Assembly (NCBI GenBank): GCA_043228905.1
Contig: JBHGNT010000002.1
Span: 186,001 to 250,000, forward strand
Direction: 5' to 3'
DNA from: Azolla caroliniana
Lineage: Eukaryota; Plantae; Polypodiophyta
DNA: 64,000 bases
The position numbers and the translations under genes are program-made. The stretch's first letter is position 1; every line of letters starts with the position of its first letter. The notes under the pieces were generated by a model. It did not search any database. It saw only the letters and a program-made list of their open reading frames with translations, and was not told the DNA's origin. Of the stretch, positions 1-14,115 are shown in pieces.

Positions 1-2689
1 TTCGATTCGCATGTTTGAACACAAATATCCGATATCACACGAGCCAGGTATGAACATTTTCATTTACTCAAGGGCTTCTCTCAACTCAGTCCTCAAATTT
101 GGTAATTTAATCATGTCTCTCGATCTGAGTTTCAAAATCTTGATTTTTCAATTCCATATCATAGCTAGCGTTGTTAGCTTCGAGTCGCATGTTTGAATAC
201 AAAAATCCGATATCACACGAGCCAGGTATGAACATTTTAATTTACTCAAGGGCTCCTCTCAACTCCCTCCTCATGTTTGCTAATTTCGTCGTGTCTCTCG
301 ACCTGAGTTTCAAAATCTTGATATATTAATTCCATATCATAGCTAGCGTTGTTAGCTTCGATTCCCATGTTTGAACACAAAAATCCGATATCACACAAGC
401 CAGGTATGAACATTTTAATTTACTCAAGGGCTCCTCTCAACTCACTAATCATGTTTGCTAATTTCGTCATGTCTCTCGACCTAGGTTTCTAAATCTTGAT
501 TTGTTAATTCCATATCATAGCTAGCGTTGTTAGCTTCGATTCGCATGTTTGAACACAAAAATCCGATATTACACGAGCCAGGTATGAACATTTTAATTTA
601 CTCAAGGGGTCCTCTCAACTCCCTCCTCATGTTTGCTAATTTCTTCGTGTCTCTCGACCTGAGTTTCAAAATCTTGATTTTTCAATTCCATATCATAGCT
701 AGCGTTGTTAGCTTCGATTCGCATGTTTGAACACAAATATCCGATATCACACGAGCCAGGTATGAACATTTTAATTTACTCAAGGGCTCCTCTCAACTCA
801 GTCCTCAAATTTGGTAATTTAATCATGTCTCTCGATCTGAGTTTCAAAATCTTGATTTTCCAATTCCATATCATAGCTAGCGTTGTTAGCTTCGAGTCGC
901 ATGTTTGAACACAAAAATCTGATATCACACGAGCCAGGTATGAACATTTTAATTTACTCAAGGGCTCCTCTCAACTCACTACTCATGTTTGCTAATTTCG
1001 TCGTGTCTCTCGACCTGAGTTTCAAAATCTTGATTTGTTAATTCCATATCATAGCTAGCGTTGTTAGCTTCGATTCCCATGTTTGAACACAAAAATCCGA
1101 TATCACACAAGCCAGGTATGAACATTTTAATTTACCTACTAGCTCTTCTCAACTCACTCCTCAAATTTGGTAATTTCGTCATGTCTCTCGACCTGAGTTT
1201 CAAAATCTTGATTTTTTAATTCCATATCATAGCTAGCGTTGTTAGCTTCGATTCGCATGTTTGAACACAAAAATCCGATATCACACGAGCCAGGTATGAA
1301 CATTTTATTTTACTCAAGGGCTCCTCTCAACTCCCTCCTCATGTTTGCTAATTTTGTCATGTCTCTCGACCTGCGTTTCAAAATCTTGATTTTTTAATTC
1401 CATATCCTGGCTAGCGTTGTTAGCTTCGATTCGCATGTTTGAACAAGAAAATCCGATATCACACGAGCCAGGTATGAACATTTTCATTTACCCACTAGCT
1501 CTTCTAAACTCACTCCTCAAATGTGGTAATTTCGTCATGTCTCTCGACCTGAGTTTCAAAATCTTGATTTTTTAATTCGATATCATAGCTAGCGTTGTTA
1601 GCTTCGATTCGCATGTCTGAACACAAAAATCCGATATTACACGAGCCAGCTATGAACATTTTAATTTACTCAAGGGCTCCTCTCAACTCACTACTCATGT
1701 TTGCTAATTTCGTCATGTCTCTGGACCTGAGTTTCAAAATCTTGATTTTTGAATTCCATATCATAGCTAGCGTTGTTAGCTTCGATTCGCATGTTTGAAC
1801 ACAAAAATCAGATATCACACGAGCCAGGTATGAACATTTTGCTTTACCCACTAGCTCCTCTCAACTCCCTCCTCATGTTTGCTAATTTCGTCGTGTCTCT
1901 GGACCTGAGTTTCAAAATCTTGATTTTTCAATTCCATATCCTAGCTAGCGTTGTTAGCTTCGATTCGCATGTTTGAACACAAAAATCCGATATCACACGA
2001 GCCAGGTATGAACATTTTCATTTACCCACTAGCTCTTCTCAACTCACTACTCCTGTTTGCTAATTTCGTCATATCTCTCGACTTGAGTTTCAAAATCTTG
2101 ATTTTTCAATTCCATATCCTAGCTAGCGTTGTTAGCTTCGATTCGCATGTTTGAATACAAAAATCCGATATCACACGAGCTAGGTATGAACATTTTATTT
2201 TACTCAAGGGCTCCTCTCAACTCCCTCCTCATGTTTGCTAATTTTGTCATGTCTCTCGACTTGCGTTTCAAAATCTTGATTTTTTAATTCCATATCCTGG
2301 CTAGCGTTGTTAGCTTCGATTCGCATGTTTGAACAAGAAAATCCGATATCACACGAGCCAGGTATGAACATTTTCATATACCCACTAGCTCTTCTAAACT
2401 CACTCCTCAAATGTGGTAATTTCGTCATGTCTCTGGACCTGAGTTTCAAAATCTTGATTTTTTAATTCGATATCATAGCTAGCGTTGTTAGCTTCGATTC
2501 GCATGTTTGAACACAAAAATCCAATATCACACGAGCCAAGTATGAACATTTTGCTTTACCCACTAGCTCCTCTCAACTCCCTCCTCATGTTTGCTAATTT
2601 CGTCGTGTCTCTGGACCTGAGTTTCAAAATCTTGATTTTTCAATTCCATATCCTAGCTAGCGTTGTTAGCTTCGAGTCGCATGTTTGAA

Positions 2690-5600
2690 CACAAAAATCC
2701 GATATCACACGAGCCAGGTATGAACATTTTAATTTACATACTAGCTCTTCTCAACTCACTCCTCAAATTTGGTAATTTCGTCATGTCTCTCGACCTGAGT
2801 TTTAAAATCTTGATTTTTTAATTCGATATCATAGATAGCGTTGTTAGCTTCAATTCGCATTTTTGAACACAAAAATCCGATATTACACGAGCCAGGTATG
2901 AACATTTTAATTTACTCAAGGGCTCCTCTCAACTCACTACTCATGTTTACTAATTTCGTCATGTCTCTCGACCTAGGTTTCAAAATCTTGATTTTTTAAT
3001 TCCATATCATAGCTAGCGTTGGTAGCTTCGATTCGCATGTTTGAACACAAAAATCCGATATCACACGAGCCAGGTATGAACATTTTCATTTACCCACTAG
3101 CTCCTCTCAACTCACTCCTCAAATTTGGTAATTTCGTCATGTCTGTCGACCTGAGTTTAAAATCTTGATTTTTGAATTCCATATCATAGCTAGCGTTGTT
3201 AGCTTGGATTCGCATGTTTGAACACAAAAATCCGATATCACACGAGCCAGGTATGAACATTTTCATTTACCCACTAGCTCTTCAGAACTCACTCCTCAAA
3301 TTTGGTAATTTCGTCATGTCTCTCGACCTGAGTTTTAAAATCTTGATTTTTTAATTCCATATCATGGCTAGCGTTGTTAGCTTCGATTCGCATCTTTGAA
3401 CACAAAAATCCGATATTACACGAGCCAGGTATGAACATTTTAATTTACTCAAGGGCTCCTCTCAACTCACTACTCATGTTTGCTAATTTCGTCATGTCTC
3501 TCGACCTAGGTTTCAAAATCTTGATTTTTGAATTCCATATCATAGCTAGCGTTGTTAGCTTCGATTCGCATGTTTGAACACAAAAATCAGATATCACACG
3601 AGCCAGGTATGAACATTTTCATTTACCAACTAGCTCTTCTCAACTCACTCCTCAAATCTGATAATTTCGTCGTGTCTCTGGACCTGAGTTTCAAAATCTT
3701 GATTTTTCAATTCCATATCATAGCTAGCGTTGTTAGCTTCGATTCGCATGTTTGAACACAAAAATCCGATATCACACGAGCCAGGTATGAACATTTTCAT
3801 TTACCCACTAGCTCTTCAGAACTCACTCCTCAAATTTGGTAATTTCGTCATGTCTCTTGACCTGAGTATCAAAATCTTGATTTTTTAATTCGATATCATA
3901 GCTAGCATTGTTAGCTTCAATTCGCATGTCTGAACACAAAAATCCGATATTACACGAGCCAGGTATGAACATTTTCATTTACCCACTAGCTCTTCTCAAC
4001 TCACTCCTTAAATTTGGTATTTTTGTCATGTCTCTCGACCTGAGTTTCAAAATCTTGAATTTTCAATTCCATATCATGGCTAGCGTTGTTAGCTTCGATT
4101 CGCATGTTTGAACACAAAAATCCGATATCACACGAGCCAGGTATGAACATTTTAATTTACCTACTAGCTCTTCTCAAGTCACTCCTCAAATTTGGTAATT
4201 TCATCATGTCTCTCGACCTGACTTTCAAAATCTTGATTTTTCAATTCCATATCATAGCTAGCGTTGTTAGCTTCGATTCGCATGTTTGAACACAAAAATC
4301 CGATATCACACAAGCCAGGTATGAACATTTTAATTTACCTCCTAGCTCTTCTCAACTCAATCCTCAAATTTGGTAATTTCGTCATGTCTCTCGACCTGAG
4401 TTTAGAAATCTTGATTTTTTAATTCGATATCATAGCTAGCATTGTTAGCTTCAATTCGCATGTCTGAACACAAAAATCCGATATTACACGAGCCAGGTAT
4501 GAACATTTTCATTTACCCACTAGCTCTTCTCAACTCCCTCCTTAAATTTGGTATTTTCGTCATGTCTCTCGACCTGAGTTTCAAAATCTTGAATTTTCAA
4601 TTCCATATCATGGCTAGCGTTGTTAGCTTCGATTCGCATCTTTGAACACAAAAATCCGATATCACACGAGCTAGCTATGAACATTTTAATTTACTCAAGG
4701 GCTCCTCTCAACTCACTACTCATGTTTGCTAATTTCGTCATGTCTCTGGACCTGAGTTTCAAAATCTTGATTTTTGAATTCCATATCATAGCTAGCGTTG
4801 TTAGCTTCTATTCGCATCTTTGAACACAAAAATCCGATATTACACGAGCCAGGTATGAACATTTTTATTTACTCAAGGGCTCCTCTCAACTCACTACTCA
4901 TGTTTGCTAATTTCGTCATGTCTCTCGACCTGAGTTTCAAAATCTTGATTTTTGAATTCCATATCATAGCTAGCGTTGTTAGCTTCGATTCGCATGTTTG
5001 AACACAAATATCCGATATCACACGAGCCAGGTATGAACATATTAATTTACTCAAGGGCTTCTCTCAACTCAGTCCTCAAATTTGGTAATTTAATCATGTC
5101 TCTCGATCTGAGTTTCAAAATCTTGATTTTTCAATTCCATATCATAGCTAGCGTCGTTAGCTTCGATTCGCATGTTTGAACACAAAAATCCGATATCACA
5201 CGAGCCAGATCTGAACATTTTAATTTACTCAAGGGCTCCTCTCAACTCCCTCCTCATGTTTGCTAATTTCGTCGTGTCTCTCGACCTGAGTTTCAAAATC
5301 TTGATTTATTAATTCCATATCATAGCTAGCGTTGTTAGCTTCGATTCCCATGTTTGAACACAAAAATCCGATATCATACGAGCCAGGTATGAACATTTTA
5401 ATTTACTCAAGGGCTCCTCTCAACTCACTACTCATGTTTGCTAATTTCGTCATGTCTCTCGACCTGAGTTTCAAAATCTTGATTTTTTAATTCGATATCA
5501 TAGCTAGCGTTGTTAGCTTCAATTCCCATGTTTGAACACAAAAATCCGATATCACACGAGCCAGGTATGAACATTTTAATTTACTCAAGGGCTCCTCTCA

Positions 5601-8600
5601 ACTCACTACTCATGTTTGCTAATTTCGTCATGTCTCTCGACCTAGGTTTCAAAATCTTGATTTTTCAATTCCATATCATAGCTAGCGTTGTTAGCTTCGA
5701 TTCGCATGTTTGAACACAAAATTTCGATATCACACGAGCCACGTATGAACATTTTATTTTACTCAAGGGCTCCTCTCAACTCCCTCCTCATGTTTACTAA
5801 TTTCGTCGTGTCTCTGGACCTGAGTTTCAAAATCTTGATTTTTCAATTCCATATCATAGCTAGCGTTGTTAGCTTCGATTCGCATGTTTCAACACAAATA
5901 TCCGATATCACACGAGCCAGGTATGGACATTTTAATTTACTCAAGGGCTCCTCTCAACTCAGTCCTCAAATTTGGTAATTTAATCATGTCTCTCGATCTG
6001 AGTTTCAAAATCTTGATTTTTCAATTCCATATCATAGCTAGCGTTGTTAGATTCGAGTCGCATGTTTGAACACAAAAATCCGATATCACACGAGCCAGAT
6101 CTGAACATTTTAATTTACTCAAGGGCTCCTCTCAACTCCCTCCTCATGTTTGCTAATTTCGTCGTGTCTCTCGACCTGAGTTTCAAAATCTTGATTTATT
6201 AATTCCATATCATAGCTAGCGTTGTTAGCTTCGATTCCCATGTTTGAACACAAAAATCCGATATCACACAGGCCAGGTATGAACATTTTAATTTACCTAC
6301 TAGCTCTTCTCAACTCACTCCTCAAATTTGGTAATTTCGTCATGTCTCTCGACCTGAGTTTCAAAATCTTGATTTTTTAATTCGATATCATAGCTAGCGT
6401 TGTTAGCTTCGATTCGCATGTTTGAACACAAAAATCCGATATCACACGAGCCAGGTATGAACATTTTATTTTACTCAAGGGCTCCTCTCAACTCCCTCCT
6501 CATGTTTGCTAATTTCTTCGTGTCTCTCGACCTAGGTATCAAAATCTTGATTTTTCAATTCCATATCATAGCTAGCGTTGTTAGCTTCGATTCGCATGTT
6601 TGAACACAAATATCCGATATCACACGAGCCAGGTATGGACATTTTAATTTACCCAAGGGCTCCTCTCAACTCAGTCCTCAAATTTGGTAATTTCGTCGTG
6701 TCTCTGGACCTGAGTTTCAAAATCTTGATTTTTCAATTCCATATCATAGCTAGCGTTGTTAGCTTCGAGTCGCATGTTTGAACACAAAAATCCGATATCA
6801 CACGAGCCAGATATGAACATTTTAATTTACTCAAGGGCTCCTCTCAACTCCCTCCTCATGTTTGCTAATTTCGTCGTGTCTCTCGACCTGAGTTTCAAAA
6901 TCTTGATTTATTAATTCCATATCATAGCTAGCGTTGTTAGCTTCGATTCCCATGTTTGAACACAAAAATCCGATATCACACAAGCCAGGTATGAACATTT
7001 TAATTTACCTACTAGCTCTTCTCAACTCACTCCTCAAATTTGGTATTTTCGTCATGTCTCTCGACCTGAGTTTCAAAATCTTGATTTTTTAATTCGATAT
7101 CATAGCCAGCGTTGTTAGCTTCAATTCGCATTTTTGAACACAAAAATCCGATATTACACGAGCCAGGTATGATCATTTTAATTACTCAAGGGCTCCTCTC
7201 AACTCACTACTCATGTTTGCTAATTTCGTCATGTCTCTCGACCTAGGTTTCAAAATCTTGATTTTTTAATTCCATATCATAGCTAGCGTTGTTAGCTTGG
7301 ATTCGCATGTTTGAACACAAAAATCCGATATCACACGAGCCAGGTATGAACATTTTCATTTACCAACTAGCTCTTCTCAACTCACTCCTCAAATCTGATA
7401 ATTTCGTCGTGTCTCTGGACCTGAGTTTCAAAATCTTGATTTTTCAATTCCATATCATAGCTAGCGTTGTTAGCTTCGATTCGCATGTTTGAACACAAAA
7501 ATCCGATATCACACGAGCCAGGTATGAACATTTTCATTTACCCACTAGCTCCTCTCAACTCACTCCTCAAATTTGGTAATTTCGTCATGTCTGTCGACCT
7601 GAGTTTCAAAATCTTGATTTTTCAATTCCATATCATGGCTAGCGTTGTTAGCTTCGATTCGCATGTTTGAACACAAAAATCAGATATCACACGAGCCAGG
7701 TATGAACATTTTCATTTACCAACTAGCTCTTCTCAACTCACTCCTCAAATCTGATAATTTCGTCGTGTCTCTGGACCTGAGTTTCAAAATCTTGATTTTT
7801 CAATTCCATATCATAGCTAGCGTTGTTAGCTTCGATTCGCATGTTTGAACACAAAAATCCGATATCACACGAGCCAGGTATGAACATTTTCATTTACCCA
7901 CTAGCTCCTCTCAACTCACTCCTCAAATTTGGTAATTTCGTCATGTCTGTCGACCTGAGTTTCAAAATCTTGATTTTTCAATTCCATATCATGGCTAGCG
8001 TTGTTAGCTTCGATTCGCATGTTTGAACACAAAAATCAGATATCACACGAGCCAGGTATGAACATTTTGCTTTACCCACTAGCTCTTCTCAACTCACTCC
8101 TCAAATTTGGTAATTTCGTCATGTCTCTCGACCTGAGTTTCTAAATCTTGAATTTTCAATTCCATATCATGGCTAGTGTTGTTAGCTTTGATTCCCATGT
8201 TTGAACACAAAAATCCGATATCACACGAGCCAGGTATGAACATTTTAATTTACCTACTAGCTCTTCTCAACTCACTCATCAAATTTGGTAATTTCGTCAT
8301 GTCTCTCGACCTGAGTTTCAAAATCTTGATTTTTTAATTCGATATCATAGCTAGCGTTGTTAGCTTCAATTCGCATTTTTGAACACAAAAATCCGATATT
8401 ACACGAGCCAGGTATGATCATTTTAATTACTCAAGGGCTCCTTTCAACTCACTACTTATGTTTGCTAATTTCATCATGTCTCTCGACCTAGGTTTCAAAA
8501 TCTTGATTTTTTAATTCCATATCATAGCTAGCGTTGTTAGCTTGGATTCGCATGTTTGAACACAAAAATCCGATATCACACGAGCCAGGTATGAACATTT

Positions 8601-11465
8601 TCATTTACCAACTAGCTCTTCTCAACCCACTCCTCAAATCTGATAATTTCGTCGTGTCTCTGGACCTGAGTTTCAAAATCTTGATTTTTCAATTCCATAT
8701 CATAGCTAGCGTTGTTAGCTTCGATTCGCATGTTTGAACACAAAAATCCGATATCACACGAGCCAGGTATGAACATTTTCATTTACCTACTAGCTCCTCT
8801 CAACTCACTCCTTAAATTTGGTAATTTCGTCATGTCTGTCGACCTGAGTTTCAAAATCTTGATTTTTCAATTCCATATCATGGCTAGCGTTGTTAGCTTC
8901 GATTCGCATGTTTGAACACAAAAATCAGATATCACACGAGCCAGGTATGAACATTTTGCTTTACCCACTAGCTCTTCTCAACTCACTCCTCAAATTTGGT
9001 AATTTCGTCATGTCTCTCGACCTGAGTTTCAAAATCTTGAATTTTCAATTCCATATCATGGCTAGTGTTGTTAGCTTTGATTCCCATGTTTGAACACAAA
9101 AATCCGATATCACACGAGCCAGGTATGAACATTTTAATTTACATACTAGCTCTTCTCAACTCACTCCTCAAATTTGGTAATTTCGTCATGTCTCTCGACC
9201 TGAGTTTTAAAATCTTGATTTTTTAATTCGATATCATAGATAGCGTTGTTAGCTTCAATTCGCATTTTTGAACACAAAAATCCGATATTACACGAGCCAG
9301 GTATGAACATTTTAATTTACTCAAGGGCTCCTCTCAACTCACTACTCATGTTTACTAATTTCGTCATGTCTCTCGACCTAGGTTTCAAAATCTTGATTTT
9401 TTAATTCCATATCATAGCTAGCGTTGGTAGCTTCGATTCGCATGTTTGAACACAAAAATCCGATATCACACGAGCCAGGTATGAACATTTTCATTTACCC
9501 ACTAGCTCCTCTCAACTCACTCCTCAAATTTGGTAATTTCGTCATGTCTGTCGACCTGAGTTTAAAATCTTGATTTTTGAATTCCATATCATAGCTAGCG
9601 TTGTTAGCTTGGATTCGCATGTTTGAACACAAAAATCCGATATCACACGAGCCAGGTATGAACATTTTCATTTACCCACTAGCTCTTCAGAACTCACTCC
9701 TCAAATTTGGTAATTTCGTCATGTCTCTCGACCTGAGTTTTAAAATCTTGATTTTTTAATTCCATATCATGGCTAGCGTTGTTAGCTTCGATTCGCATCT
9801 TTGAACACAAAAATCCGATATTACACGAGCCAGGTATGAACATTTTAATTTACTCAAGGGCTCCTCTCAACTCACTACTCATGTTTGCTAATTTCGTCAT
9901 GTCTCTCGACCTAGGTTTCAAAATCTTGATTTTTGAATTCCATATCATAGCTAGCGTTGTTAGCTTCGATTCGCATGTTTGAACACAAAAATCAGATATC
10001 ACACGAGCCAGGTATGAACATTTTCATTTACCAACTAGCTCTTCTCAACTCACTCCTCAAATCTGATAATTTCGTCGTGTCTCTGGACCTGAGTTTCAAA
10101 ATCTTGATTTTTCAATTCCATATCATAGCTAGCGTTGTTAGCTTCGATTCGCATGTTTGAACACAAAAATCCGATATCACACGAGCCAGGTATGAACATT
10201 TTCATTTACCCACTAGCTCTTCAGAACTCACTCCTCAAATTTGGTAATTTCGTCATGTCTCTTGACCTGAGTATCAAAATCTTGATTTTTTAATTCGATA
10301 TCATAGCTAGCATTGTTAGCTTCAATTCGCATGTCTGAACACAAAAATCCGATATTACACGAGCCAGGTATGAACATTTTCATTTACCCACTAGCTCTTC
10401 TCAACTCACTCCTTAAATTTGGTATTTTTGTCATGTCTCTCGACCTGAGTTTCAAAATCTTGAATTTTCAATTCCATATCATGGCTAGCGTTGTTAGCTT
10501 CGATTCGCATGTTTGAACACAAAAATCCGATATCACACGAGCCAGGTATGAACATTTTAATTTACCTACTAGCTCTTCTCAAGTCACTCCTCAAATTTGG
10601 TAATTTCATCATGTCTCTCGACCTGACTTTCAAAATCTTGATTTTTCAATTCCATATCATAGCTAGCGTTGTTAGCTTCGATTCGCATGTTTGAACACAA
10701 AAATCCGATATCACACAAGCCAGGTATGAACATTTTAATTTACCTCCTAGCTCTTCTCAACTCAATCCTCAAATTTGGTAATTTCGTCATGTCTCTCGAC
10801 CTGAGTTTAGAAATCTTGATTTTTTAATTCGATATCATAGCTAGCATTGTTAGCTTCAATTCGCATGTCTGAACACAAAAATCCGATATTACACGAGCCA
10901 GGTATGAACATTTTCATTTACCCACTAGCTCTTCTCAACTCCCTCCTTAAATTTGGTATTTTCGTCATGTCTCTCGACCTGAGTTTCAAAATCTTGAATT
11001 TTCAATTCCATATCATGGCTAGCGTTGTTAGCTTCGATTCGCATCTTTGAACACAAAAATCCGATATCACACGAGCTAGCTATGAACATTTTAATTTACT
11101 CAAGGGCTCCTCTCAACTCACTACTCATGTTTGCTAATTTCGTCATGTCTCTGGACCTGAGTTTCAAAATCTTGATTTTTGAATTCCATATCATAGCTAG
11201 CGTTGTTAGCTTCTATTCGCATCTTTGAACACAAAAATCCGATATTACACGAGCCAGGTATGAACATTTTTATTTACTCAAGGGCTCCTCTCAACTCACT
11301 ACTCATGTTTGCTAATTTCGTCATGTCTCTCGACCTGAGTTTCAAAATCTTGATTTTTGAATTCCATATCATAGCTAGCGTTGTTAGCTTCGATTCGCAT
11401 GTTTGAACACAAATATCCGATATCACACGAGCCAGGTATGAACATATTAATTTACTCAAGGGCTC
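2690..11465. repeat. Block of about 13 monomers (about 2690-5060) duplicated at about 9095-11465, offset 6405 bp (36 monomers minus 3 bp)
   Basis: Identical ORF translations at 3374/9779, 3552/9957, 3908/10313, 4086/10491, 4442/10847, 4620/11025 and 4798/11203; private variant aatttacata at 2731/9136. Confidence 0.9.
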
Positions 11466-14115
11466 CTCTCAACTCACTCCTCAAATTTGGTAATTTCATT
11501 ATGTCTCTCCACCTGACTTTCAAAATCTTGATTTTTCAATTCCATATCATAGCTAGCGTTGTTAGCTTCGATTCGCATGTTTGAACACAAAAATCCGATA
11601 TCACACAAGCCAGGTATGAACATTTTAATTTACCTCCTAGCTCTTCTCAACTCAATCCTCAAATTTGGTAATTTCGTCATGTCTCTCGACCTGAGTTTCA
11701 AAATCTTGATTTTTTAATTCCATATCATAGCTAGCGTTGTTAGCTTCGATTCGCATGTTTGAACACAAATATCCGATATCACACGAGCCAGGTATGATCA
11801 TTTTAATTTACTCAAGGGCTCCTTTCAACTCACTCCTCAAATTTGGTAATTTAATCATGTCTCTCGACCTGACTTTCAAAATCTTGATTTTTCAATTCCA
11901 TATCATAGCTAGCGTTGTTAGCTTCGATTCGCATGTTTGAACACAAAAATACGATATCACACAAGCCAGGTATGAACATTTTAATTTACCTCCTAGCTCT
12001 TCTCAACTCAATCCTCAAATTTGGTAATTTCGTCATGTCTCTCGACCTGAGTTTCAAAATCTTGATTTTTTAATTGGATATCATAGCTAGCATTGTTAGC
12101 TTCAATTCGCATGTCTGAACACAAAAATCCGATATTACACGAGCCAGGTATGAACATTTTCATTTACCCACTAGCTCTTCTCAACTCACTCCTTAAATTT
12201 GGTATTTTCGTCATGTCTCTCGACCTGAGTTTCAAAATCTTGAATTTTCAATTCCATATCATGGCTAGCGTTGTTAGCTTCGATTCGCATGTTTGAACAC
12301 AAAAATCCGATATCACACGAGGTAGGTATAAACAATTTAATTTACTCAAGGGCTCCTCTCAACTCCCTCCTCAAATGTGGTAATAAAATCCGATATCACA
12401 CGAGCCAGGTATGAACATTTTAATTTACCCACTAGCTCCTCTCAACTCACTCCTCAAATTTGGTAATTTCGTCATGTCTCTTGACCTGAGTATCAAAATC
12501 TTGATTTTTTAATTCGATATCATAGCTAGCATTGTTAGCTTCAATTCGCATGTCTGAACACAAAAATCCGATATTACACGAGCCAGGTATGAACATTTTC
12601 ATTTACCCACTAGCTCTTCTCAACTCACTCCTTAAATTTGGTATTTTTGTCATGTCTCTCGACCTGAGTTTCAAAATCTTGAATTTTCAATTCCATATTA
12701 TGGCTAGCGTTGTTAGCTTCGATTCGCATGTTTGAACACAAAAATCCGATATCACACGAGCCAGGTATGAACATTTTAATTTACCTACTAGCTCTTCTCA
12801 AGTCACTCCTCAAATTTGGTAATTTCGTCGTGTCTCTCGACCTGAGTTTCAAAATCTTGATTTATTAATTCCATATCATTGCTAGCGTTCTTAGCTTCGA
12901 TTCCCATGTTTGAACACAAAAATCCGATATCACACGAGCTAGCTATGAACATTTTAATTTACTGAAGGGCTCCTCTCAACTCACTACTCATGTTTGCTAA
13001 TTTCGTCATGTCTCTGGACCTGAGTTTCAAAATCTTGATTTTTAAATTCCATATCATAGCTAGCGTTGTTAGCTTCGATTCGCATGTCTGAACACAAAAA
13101 TCCGATATCACACGAGCCAGGTATGACAATTTTCATTTACCAACTAGCTCTTCTCAACTCACTCCTCAAATTTGGTAATTTCGTCATGTGTCTCGACCTG
13201 AGTTTCAAAATCTTGAATTTTCAATTCCATATCATAGCTAGCGTTGTTAGCTTCGATTCGCATGTTTGAACACAAAAATCCGATATCACACGAGCCAGGT
13301 ATGAACATTTTCATTTACCTCCTAGCTCTTCTCAACCCAATCCTCAAATTTGATAATTTCGTCATGTCTCTCGACCTGAGTATCAAAATCTTGATTTTTT
13401 AATTCCATATCATAGCTAGCGTTGTTAGCTTCGATTCGAATGTTTGAACACAAAAATCCGATATCACACGAGCCAGGTATGGACATTTTAATTTACCTCC
13501 TAGCTCTTCTCAACTCAATCCTCAAATTTGGTAATTTCGTCATGTCTCTCGACCTGAGTTTCAAAATCTTGATTTTTGAATTCCATATCATAGCTAGCGT
13601 TGTTAGCTTCGATTCGCATGTTTGAACACAAAAATCCGATATCACACGAGCCAGGTATGAACATTTTAATTTACTCAAGGGCTCCTCTCAACTCACTACT
13701 CATGTTTGCTAATTTCGTCATGTCTCTCGACCTGAGATTCAAAATCTTGATTTTTGAATTCCATATCATAGCTAGCGTTGTTAGCTTCTATTCGCATCTT
13801 TGAACACAAAAATCCGATATTACACGAGCCAGGTATGAACATTTTAATTTACTCAAGGGCTCCTCTCAACTCACTACTCATGTTTGCTAATTTCGTCATG
13901 TCTCTCGACCTGAGTTTCAAAATCTTGGTTTCAAAATCTTGGTTTTTGAATTCCATATCATAGCTAACACAAAAATCCGATATCACACGAGCTAGGTATG
14001 AACAATTTAATTTACTCAAGGGCTCCTCTCAACTCCCTCCTCAAATTTGGTAATAAACTCATGTCTCTCGAACTGAGTTTCAAAATCTTGATTTTTGAAT
14101 TCCATATCATAGCTA

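Noticed and set aside
57-153. Monomer as an ancient dimer of 89-bp halves
   Set aside because: Only the 8-bp TTTTAATT recurs at an 89-bp offset; the rest of the two halves does not align by eye.
1-178. Identity with Arabidopsis CEN178
   Set aside because: Only the length matches; I recognise no shared sequence.
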